From Antedon mediterranea (lineage: Eukaryota > Animalia > Echinodermata): a stretch of 64,000 nucleotides of DNA. Under the pieces are notes generated by a model. That model was not told the DNA's origin, made no database searches, and was given only the letters and a program-made list of their open reading frames with translations. The stretch is taken from positions 4,131,888-4,195,887 of the forward strand of contig NC_092676.1 in NCBI RefSeq assembly GCF_964355755.1, given 5' to 3'. The translations under genes were made by a program, and so were the position numbers. Positions 38,501 to 50,500 of the stretch are shown one piece after another. How positions within the stretch are numbered: position 1 is the stretch's first letter; each line of letters begins with the position of its first letter.

Positions 38501-41500
38501 CTTCCATTTTGTATGCGTATTATCACATACGATTGTTACGTAGCACTTTATAAGATTTGACTGGTTTTAATCGCCGGACATCACTTCCATTTTGTATGCG
38601 TATTATCACATACGATTGTTATGTCGCATTTTATAAGATTTGACTGGTTTTAATCGCCGGACATCACTTCCATTTTGTATGCGTATTATCACATACGATT
38701 GTTATGTCGCACTTTATAAGATTTGACTGGTTTTAATCGCCGGACATCACTTCCATTTTGTATGCGTATTATCACATACGATTGTTACGTCACACTTTAT
38801 AAGATTTGACTGGTTTTAATCGCCGGACATCACTTCCATTTTGTATGCGTATTATCACATACGATTGTTATGTCGCATTTTATAAGATTTGACTGGTTTT
38901 AATCGCCGGACATCACTTCCATTTTGTATGCGTATTATCACATACGATTGTTACGTCACACTTTATAAGATTAGGCTGGTTTTAATCGCCGGACATCGCT
39001 TCCATTTTGTATGCGTATTACCACATACAATTGTTACGTCACACTTTATAAGATTAGGCTGGTTTTAATCGCCAGACGTCACTTCCATTTTGTATGCGTA
39101 TTATCACATACGATTGTTACGTCACACTTTATAAGATTTGGCTGGTTTTGATCGCCGGACATCACTTCCATTTTGTATGCGTATTATCACATACGATTGT
39201 TACGTCACACTTTATAAGATTTGACTGGTTTTAATCGCCGGACATCGCTTCCATTTTGTATGCGTATTATCACATACGATTGTTACGTCGCACTTTATAA
39301 GATTTGACTGGTTTTAATCGCCGGACATCGCTTACATTTTCGTTGCTTATTATTACTAACCCTTGATACGTCACACTTTGTAATGTTAGGCTGGTTTTGA
39401 TCGCCGGACATCGCTTCCATTTTGTATGCGTATTATCACATACGATTGTCTTTATAAGATTTGGCTGGTTCTGATCGCCGGACATCACTTCCATTTCCGT
39501 TGCATAGTATCACATACGATTGTTACGTAGCACTTTATAAGATTAGGTAGGTTTTAATCGCCGGACATCGCTTCCATTTTCGTTGCATAGTATACATACG
39601 ATTGTTACGTCACACTTTATAAGATTTGGCAGGTTTTGATAGGCGGACATCGCCTCCATTTTCGTTACATAGTATCACATACGATTGTTACGTATAGCAC
39701 TTTATAAGATTAGGTAGGTTTTGATCGCCAGTCATCGCTTCCATTTCCGTTGCATAGTATCACATACGATTGTTACGTAGCACTTTATAAGATTTGACTG
39801 GTTTTAATCGCCGGACATCACTTCCATTTTGTATGCGTATTATCACATACGATTGTTACGTAGCACTTTATAAGATTTGACTGGTTTTAATCGCCGGACA
39901 TCACTTCCATTTTGTATGCGTATTATCACATACGATTGTTATGTCGCACTTTATAAGATTTGACTGGTTTTAATCGCCGGACATCACTTCCATTTTGTAT
40001 GCGTATTATCACATACGATTGTTATGTCGCACTTTATAAGATCTGACTGGTTTTAATCGCCGGACATCACTTCCATTTTGTATGCGTATTATCACATACG
40101 ATTGTTACGTCACATTTTATAAGATTCGGTAGGTTTTAATCGGCGAACATCACTTCCATTTTCGTTGCATAGTATCACATACGATTGTTACGTCACACTT
40201 TATAAGATTTGGCTGGTTTTGATCGTCGGACATCGCTTCCATTTTGTATGCGTATTATCACATACGATTGTTAGGTCACACTTTATAAGATTTGACTGGT
40301 TTTGATCGCCGGACATCGCTTCCATTCTGTATTCATATGATCACATACGATTGTTTTTTTTTTTTTTTTTTTTATTCAGTATATTACACAGAGGCGCCTT
40401 ACAAGATGGAACCATCTTAGCTTCAAGGCGCCTCAGATTAACAAATACAACATTTTAAAACAACTAACAGAAACATTAATTAAATCTTCCAGAATTAACA
40501 AGAAATTGTTGTACATAATAAAATAATAAAGCATTTTCACAATTCGAAAGAAGATCGGAACCAAAAATAAAAATTTCACTTAAAAATGTAAAATTAAATG
40601 TTAAAGAAAAATCCTTGGCTAAGATATCCTCAATAATTGAGTTAGCGCTTACAAGTAGAATATCTCTTTGTGTATTATACATACATATATTACATACGAT
40701 TGTTACGTCACACTTTATAAGATTTTACTGGCTTTGATCGCCGGACATCCCTTACATTCTGTATTCATATGATCACATACGATTGTTACGTCACACTTTA
40801 TAAGATTTTACTGGCTTTGATCGCCGGACATCCCTTACATTCTGTATGCATATGATCACATACGATTGTTACGTAACACTAAGATTCGGCAGGTTTTGAT
40901 CTCTGCACATCACTTTCATTTTCGTTGCATAGTATCACATACGATTACTGTTTTATCTAATTGTCGCATTTGATAATTTATAGATGATAAGCAGTAATTA
41001 CTATAATTAAGTAATAATAATTTAATTTTAGGCTTCAGTAAACATTTTCCGCAAACTATATATTTACTTATTTGTAGGGCAGAATATTATTACCCCTCAC
41101 TTTAAGAATACCGTGAAAAAGTACTACTACTACTGCACCACTACCACCCCCACCACCACTACTACTAACATTCAGTAGGATTAATAGCAGTATACATTTA
41201 AATAAAGAAATGTTTTAAACTATATTGTAATTGTTGTTATGCAGACATTAGACTTGTGGATGGCAGCAATATTTATGAGGGACGAGTTGAAGTTTACGAT
41301 GGCACAGAATGGGGTACAATATGTGATGATGACTGGGACATCAACGACGCTCAGGTTGTATGTCGACAATTAAGACTAGGACCAGCTATCCAAGCTCCAA
41401 TGCGAGCTCATTTTGGCCAAGGGACTGGTCCGATTATGCTTGATAATGTTCGGTGTTCAGGAAGTGAGACATTTATCACAGGCTGTCTTAATAGAGGAAT

Positions 41501-44500
41501 GAGGGTACACGATTGTGGACATTCTGAGGATGCTAGTGTTATTTGTGGAGGTAAAAAGGATTAACACAGAAAACAACAATACTCTAAGGCCAAGACACTT
41601 TTTTAACTAGGAAATGTCAATATGTTTATCTCAGTTTAAAAGGAAAATGTGTTTTTTTCATATTTTTGTTCATTGCCACCATTCAGACTTTGTGTCCTTT
41701 GTATCATTACTTTGTGAGTGGCCGAGCGGTTAAGACATTGGAACCGTAATTACGTAGCCATAACATCGGCAGGGGTTCGAGGCACACTCACTCCATGGTT
41801 GTGGTGGTAGAACGAGTCTTCTCGGATAAGGTCTATAAACCGTAGGTCCAGTGTACACATCTAGCTCGTGTGCACTTTAAATAACCTAGTACATCTTTCG
41901 AGACGAGTAGGGGGTTACCCCGGTGTATTAGTACATCACAGCCACTGATCACCAACTGGGCCCTCTGGGAGACCAGTCTTTGACTGAAGAGGTTACCCAG
42001 TATAAATATATATTTCAATCAATCAATCAATCAATCCACGTCTCAGTTATATTACTCATTAAATGTTAAAATAAAAACGTTAAGCAATTTCAAGTTGCTA
42101 CTCATCTTATAAAATAATGGGCAGTTTGTCAGAGTTGGAAAACAGAACCAATTTATTTTTTATTTAGTTGCAATCTCAAAATCATAATTTGTTTAAGAAA
42201 TGTATTATCCATTTAAACATATTCATTCATCATTTAATTTTATATCTGTTTATTTCAGTTCATTCAATTTTTACAAAACAGTAGACATAAATGTAAAAAG
42301 GTAACAGAAAATAATAAACTAATAATGAAGATAATGTTATTTTAGTGATGAAAGCTTAAAATGTTAAAAATATTTCTAAGGGCAGATATTATCTCATATT
42401 AAGATATACCTCATCATTTAAATATCCTTTTTATTGAACAGGTTTTAAATTTAGGAATAAACTGTTTAATAGCAGTAATTAATAATACTATATTAGGTAC
42501 CCTTACAATGGACGGGCGCCATCTTATGATTATTTTAAGGTTCGGGAATCAAAAACATAGTACAGTAATATAATGTAATGTCCTGAGTTACTAGTGTGTC
42601 AGATTTACGTCAGCTGTTCAAATAGACTTAACGAGAGTATAGCTTCACAGTGAGAGATATATCAATATAAAGAAATGATTTTAACTTGTACATTTGTTTC
42701 ATTTAGTAAACATTAGACTTGTGAATGGCAGCAATATTTATGAGGGACGAGTTGAAGTTTACGATGGCACAGAATGGGGTACAATATGTGATAATAGCTG
42801 GGACATCAACGACGCTCAAGTTGTATGTCGACAATTAAGACTAGGACCAGCTATCCAAGCTCCAAGACAAGCTTATTTTGGTCAAGGGATTGGTCCGATT
42901 ATGTTTGATAATGTTCAGTGTTCAGGAAATGAGACATCTATCACAGACTGTCCTAAAAGAGGAATGAGGGTACACTATTGTGGACATTCTGAGGATGCTA
43001 GTGTTGTTTGTGGTAAGTAAAATAGTAACTGTAGAAAAAGGATTAATAAATGCAGACAACAACAATACTGTAAGGCCAACACACTTTTTAAACTAGGAAA
43101 TGTTAATATGTTTATCTCAGTTTAAAAGGAAAATGTCTTTTTTTTTCATATTTTTGTTCATTGCCACCATTCACACTTTGTATCCATGTCCCAATTATAT
43201 TACTCATTAAATGTTAAAATAAAAACGTTAAGCAATTTCAAGTTGCTTCTCATCTTATAAAATACTAGGCAGTTTGTCACAGTTGGAAAACAGAACCAGT
43301 TAATTTTTTATTTAGTTGCAATCTCAAAATCATAATTTGGTTAAGAAATTTATTATCCATTTACACATTTTCATTCATCATTTCATTTTATATCTGTTTA
43401 TTTCAGTTCATTCAATTTTTACAAAACAGTAGACATAAATGTAAAAAGGTACCAGAAAATAATAAATAAACTAATAATGAAGATGGCATTATTTAGAGAT
43501 GAAAGCTTAAAATACAAAAAATAGTATTTTTCTATGGGCAGATATTATCTCATATTAAGATATACCTCATCGTTTAATCATCCTCTATTGAACAGGTTTT
43601 AAATTTAGTTTTAAACTGTTTAATAGCAGTAATTAATAATACTATATTAGGTACCCTTACAATGGACGGGCGCCATCTTATGATTATTTTAAGGTTCGGG
43701 AATCAAAAAGATATTACAGTAATATAATGTAATGTCCTGAGATACTTGTGTCAGATTTACATTAGCTATTCAAATAGACTTAACGAGAGTATAGCTTCAC
43801 AGTGAGAGATATATCAATATAAAGAACTGATTTTAACTTGTACATTTGTTTCATTTAGTAAACATTAGACTTGTGGATGGCAGCAATATCTTTGAGGGAC
43901 GAGTTGAAGTTTACGATGGCACAGAATGGGGTACAATATGTGATAATGGCTGGGACATCAACGACGCTCAAGTTGTATGTCGACAATTAAGACTAGGACC
44001 AGCTATCCAAGCTCCAAGACAAGCTTATTTTGGTCAAGGGACTGGTCCGATTATGCTTGATGATGTTCAGTGTTCAGGAACTGAGACATCCATCACAGAC
44101 TGTCCTAATAGAGGAATGAGGGTACACGATTGTGGACATTATGAGGATGCCAGTGTTATTTGTCAAGGTAGGAAAATTTGACACTAAATACAAACTTCAG
44201 TACTAACAGACGGTATTACAATACACTATTGACTAAGAGGGAGTGTTTTGTTTTATAAATTATATAAAAATAAGTTCTATTTTCAATAGTTTTACCCATT
44301 TAGAGAAAAAAGAGATTAAAGCTACATTTGGCGTCGTTTATTCTCCTTATATAATATTCCATTGTTTAACACGACGAAATGAACAATACCATTAAATTAA
44401 ACAGTGTAATAATGAAGCTTAAATATAATATGTTTTTATTTCACCTGTATCGAATTATAAGAATTTATGTTCATGTTTAAATTACTCATTGTTATCACAC

Positions 44501-47500
44501 CACCAGTCAGGGGTGGCGCCAGGATCTTCCCGACGCGGGGGCTACATTCCCCGACGAGGGGGCTATGCGAGCGAAGCGAGCATCACTAGGCTGGGGGACA
44601 GGGGGCCGCCAAGGGCCCCCGGTGGGGGTCCAGGGGGCGAAGCCTCCGGAAGCAACGCGTTCTAGCGTCATTTGAGGTCATTTTAATCAGATTTAGGGTA
44701 GCCATTTTTTTCCATTTTTTATAATGCATAAATAAAATACTAAAATACTGCGTGCAAAAAAACGATGCGCGATGACTGTTTCAATCTATATTTTTCAATT
44801 TAAAAAATAAAAGTTCAAAGAAAATTTAGAAAAATAGAGTTTTGGAGGTCCCGGAAATTGAACTTATTATACTTCAAAACATGAAACAAAATATATAAGT
44901 CCCTATAAAGGTTGTGACTGAGCTAAGAAATGTTGAAAAATAGAGATGTTAGGTCCCGGAAAATGCACTTCCTTGTACTTCGAAATATGACCAGCTTTAT
45001 TGTTGGGGCTGAGCTAAGAAACTGTTTAAAACTAGAGCTGCAGGTCTTCAAAAAATTGCATTTTATACTTCGGAAAAATCAGGCCTAGAGGCTTAAAAAA
45101 AGCAAGCGTAGACCTTTTTCAGTCGGGGAAATAAGTTTATTCCTCCCAAGTGTATGCGTGCGTACCATCTGGACTCCCGAGTGGTGAGAAATTCATGACA
45201 TACAGGACATTGAAAATGTAATAACTTAGCTATAATAAGATGTTGGCTAAGCGAAAATGGCATGTTTTTTTGTTTAGTAATGGATGAAAAATGTTTTTTA
45301 GGTGCCCCACGGTACAGAAGGTTACTTGTAAAAAATTGGTGAACATACGAACAATTAACATAATTCGTTTTTGCTGTAGTGTAGCGTACGTCGACGCAGT
45401 ACACGATGTAACCGTCAGTAAACTTCGCCTGGAAAATAACTACAGTACACATTTTGGTCCCTGGATGGAACATGATATCACGCGTCTCGACCCAACGTTG
45501 AACGATTCGTACAAAGGGATACCGCCAGACAAGTGCGAACCTAGCTATTGTTTAGTAGTAAGTTAGATCGCTGGCAATAATGAATGCATATAAAGTGCAT
45601 AATATCACTCTGACGTGCTCTCACGGTCAATGAAACGTCGCGGTTTTCTAGGCGCTGAAGCTAGCTACGAAGTGAACGCGAACGCTTTTTACTGTATATT
45701 ATATTCCCCGACAAAAAGTACCCGTGTTCCCTTCGGTAACCGTCGGTAAACTTCGCCTAGAAAATAACTACATTACACATTTTGGTCCCTGGATGGAACT
45801 TGATATCACGCGTCTCGACCCAACGTTGAACGATTCGTACTGAGGGATACCGCCAGACAAGTGCGTACCTAGCTAATGTTTAGTAGTAAGTTAGATCGCT
45901 GGCAATAAATGAATGCATAAAAGTGCATAATAGCCCTCTGACGTACTCTCACGGTCAATGGAACGTCGTGGTTTTCTAGGCGCTGAAGCTATATGAAGTG
46001 AACGCGAACGTTTTTTACTGTATATTATATTCCCCGACAAAAAGTACCCGTGTTCCCCGACGGGGGGGGGCTAGGCTCCCGACGAGGGGGTTAGAGCCCC
46101 CGTAGCCCCCCCGCTGGCGCCACCACTGCCACCAGTATTCATCATTATCGTAGTGTTCTACTATGTAAGATAGAAATAAAGTACTTGGTAATGCTGTTGT
46201 TTTACATGAATTACTGAATTGTATTATTTACTGCTTGTGTTTTTTTTTAACAAAATCATTGTAGTCAGATGCCCAACATATTGCACCTGTAATGTCCAGA
46301 CGTGTTACTTAGCAAGTTGTTATAATAACACTAGATGTACTCAATGGAATGCAAATATACATACAGAACTTGTTGACTACAATGTATATGATCCAATAAC
46401 AAGATTGTAAGTAGAACTAAGTTTATGTCATACTGTGAGCAAAATAAACAATTTATATTTCTTTGATAATATAGGTCCATGCTATTTATACAGCAGAATC
46501 ATGATAATATTGAACAGATGGGGAGTGGGTGGATTTTGTTAATGTGGAACTACTGGTCTTGTGGCGGTCTACAGTATATTTAGGTCGTTTCAATCAGTTT
46601 ACGGGCTCATCAGTAATCTGGTCATTTTCCGTATACGACATTTTACGTAAGAATGTGATAGTAGACTAAAAATAACATTTTTTATTTTAACATAGTATAT
46701 TGTGACATCACTAAAGTACATACAATAGAGTACATGCAGTATAACTACTGTATAATGTACAGGAAATGTAGAAATTTCAACATTTGAGGTGACAGAAAAA
46801 CTAAAATAATTTAAAAACAGCTTGGATATTGTGATTTACTTACACTGTGCATTCTTTGGGATTTGACCTATAACCAAATTAAGTACATGTTGGTTAAACA
46901 ATGATAATGGTTTAATATTATATTGATTTCACAATTTGTGATCTTATAAAAATAACTTTAAAAATCAAGTTTTTTGTTCATCCACCATGTAATGAACTTT
47001 ATTTTTTTTATATATAATAATTCAAAATCAATTTTTATTGTAAATATCACAATATAAATATAATTATATTTATATATATCATCATAACAAATGTTACTAA
47101 ATAATTAAAATTTGTTTATGTATTAATTTTGTCTTATGAGAAAAAATGTTTCAAAATATAAATATATATTTTATATTTTGACATTAAAATGTTTATGCAA
47201 TACAGTGAATGCATTGTAGGATCAATTGTAATATTGGACTAATATGCTATACATTATGACTATTTACAGTAAAAAGAATTTTAAAATAAACATTTTTTAA
47301 ATGTATCCACCATGATTGAACTATTTATTTTGGTAAGATCTAACAATTGAAACTAAATCTGTATTACATATAGATAATACATTTATTATATGGTTGCTAA
47401 CGAACAATTTGAAATTGGTGTAGAAATTTTGTTTTAATAAAATAAGTTATCAAAATAAATTTACCACATTTTTATTTTAACATAGTATATTTTGACATCA

Positions 47501-50500
47501 CTAAAGTACATACAATATAGTACATGCAATATAACTACTGTATAATGTAGCCTACAGGAATGTAGACATTTCAACATTTGAGGTGACAGAAAAACTAAAA
47601 TAATTTAAAAACAGCTTGGATATTGTGATTTACTTATACTGTGCATTCTTTTTACTTTTAAGGTCTTTGTACGATAACCAAATAAGTACATTGCAAGCCA
47701 ATGCATTTGCTGGTTTGACAGCATTGGAAACACTGTAAGTGTATTGCTTATGTTTGCTAACTTTTATCAGTTTGGTTTTAATCTAGAAATTAAATTACAA
47801 ATTATTTTGAATTGTTGATTAAGCAATTATAATGGATTAATATTATTACATAATTGCACAATTTGTGATCGTATAAAAAATATCTTTATAAATCACAAGT
47901 TTTTAGTTCATCCACCATGAATGAACTTTATTTTTGTGTAATACATAATAATTCTGAATTAATCTTAAATGTAAAATTTCACAATATAAATATCATTATA
48001 ATGATTGTTATACTAATTAATTAGTATTTGTTTATGTAGTGATTTTGTTTTATGATAATAAAAATTATTAAAATATAAATATATATTTTATATTTTGACA
48101 TCATTAAAATATTGATACAATACAGTGCATGTATTGTAGGATCAATTGTAATAATGGACTAATAATATTTACCTTATGATTTCATGATTATTCACAGTAA
48201 AACAAATTTAAAAAGCAACAATTTTGTAATTTATCCACCATGATTGAATTATTTATTTTTGTAATATATAACAATTGAAACTGAATTTACATTACATATT
48301 AGATAATACATTTATTATATGGTTGCTATCAAACAATTTGAATTTGTTGACATTTTGTTTTAAGAAAATATGTTATTCAAATAAATTTACCATATTTGTA
48401 TTTTAACATAGTATATTTTGACATCACTAAAGTACATACAATAGAGTACATGCAGTATAACTACTGTATAATGCACAGGAATGTAGACATTTCAACATTT
48501 GAGGTGACAAGAAAAACTAAAATAATTTAAAAACAGCTTCGATATTGTGATTTACTTATACTGTGCATTCTTTTTACTTTTAAGGGATTTGGGCAGTAAC
48601 CAAATAAGTACATTACAAGCCAATGCATTTGCTGGTTTGACAGCATTGGAAACACTGTAAGTGTATTGCTTATGTTTGCTTACAGTTACTAATTTGGTTT
48701 TATATTATAAATTAAATTATAAATTATTTTATATTGTTGGTTAAACAATGAAAATGGATTAATATTATTCTATAATTTCACAATTTGTGACCTTATAAAA
48801 AATATCTTTATAAATCACTAGTTTTTACTTCATCCACCATGAATGAACTTTATTTTTGTGTAATACATAATAATTTTAAAAATAATATTAATTGTAAAAT
48901 TTCACAATATAAATATCATTATAATGATTGTTATACTAAATAATTAGTATTTGTTTATGTAGTGATTTTGTTTTATGATAATACAAATTATTAAAATATA
49001 AATATATATTTTATATTTTGACATCATTAAAATGTTGATACAATACAATGCATGTATTGTAGGATCAATTGTAATAATGGACTAATAATATGTATCAACA
49101 TTTTTAAAATGTATCCACCATGATTGAACTATTTATTTTTGTAAGATATAACAAAACTGAATCTGTATTACATATTAGATAATACATTAATTATATGGTT
49201 GTTAACAAACAATTTGAATTTGTTGTAGACATTTTATTTTTAATAAAATAAGTTATTAAAATATATATACATTTTTACTTTAACATAGTATATTTTGACA
49301 TCACTAAAGTACATACAATATAGTACATGCAATATAACTACTGTATAATGTACAGGAATGTAGACATTTCAACATTTGAGGTGACAGAAAAACTAAAATA
49401 ATTTAAAAACAGCTTGGATATTGTGATTTACTTATAATGTGCATTCTTTTTACTTTTAAGGAATTTGTACAGTAACCAAATAAGTACATTACAAGCCAAT
49501 GCATTTGCTGGTTTGACAGCATTGAAAACACTGTAAGTGTATTGCTTATGTTTGCTTACTTTTACCAATTTGGTTTTAATTTAGAAATTAACAAACTTTA
49601 TTTTTTTGAATAATATTATAATAATTCAAAATACATTTTTATTGTAACTGTCACAATATAAATATTATTATAACAAATGTTACTAAATAATTAGTATTTG
49701 TTTATTTAGTGATTTTGTTTTATGAGAATAAAAATTATTGAAATATAAATATATATTTTATATTTTGACATTAAAATATTGATACAATACAGTGCATGTA
49801 TTGTAGGTTTGATTGTAATAAGGGAGTAATAATATGTACTTTATGATTTCATGATTATTTATAGTAAAAATAATTTTAAAGTGAACATTTTAAAAATGTA
49901 TTCACCATGATTGAACTATTTATTTTTGTAAGATATAACAATTGAACTGAATCTGTATTACATATAGATAATACATTTATTATGGTTGCTATCAAACAAT
50001 TTTTAATTTGTTGTAGACATTTTATTTTAATAAAATAAGTTATTAAAATATACATTTTTACTTTAACATAGTATATTTTGACATCACTAAAGTACATACA
50101 ATAGAGTACATGCAGTATAACTACTGTATAATGTACAGGAATGTAGACATTTCAACATTTGAGGTGACAGAAAAATTAAAATAATTTTAAAACAGCTTGG
50201 ATATTGTGATTTACTTATACTGTGCATTCTTTTTACTTTTAAGGGATTTGAGGGGTAACCAAATAAGTACATTACCAGCCAATGCATTTGCTGGTTTGAC
50301 AGCATTGAAAACACTGTAAGTGTATTGCTTATGTTTGCTAACTTTTAACAATTTGGTTTTAATTTCGAAATTAAATGAAAAATTATTTTACAAAGTTGGT
50401 TAAACAATGATAATGGATTAATATTATTATATAATTTCACAATTTGTGATCTTATAAAAAATAACTTAAAAAATCAGTAGTTTTTTGCTCATCCACCATG

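Larger units (their letters stand above)
32862..40950. repeat. 83-bp satellite array (~80 monomers) with a 2683-bp higher-order duplication and three retroposon insertions
   Basis: Monomer cgtattatcacatacgattgttacgtcacactttataagatttgactggttttaatcgccggacatcacttccattttgtatg; period 83 (32864, 32947, 33030); identical ORFs at 34168/36851 and 34338/37021. Confidence 0.97.

Noticed and set aside
32862-40950. CRISPR-like repeat array
   Set aside because: Monomers are contiguous tandem copies without unique spacers, there are no cas genes, and the context is eukaryotic; it is a satellite.
41714-41790. tRNA gene
   Set aside because: A and B boxes are present, but it continues into a SINE body and tail and is absent from the paralogous intron; it is a SINE head.
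45093-45566. Transposase ORFs inside the hAT element
   Set aside because: No recognisable transposase motifs; the region overlaps an internal tandem duplication.
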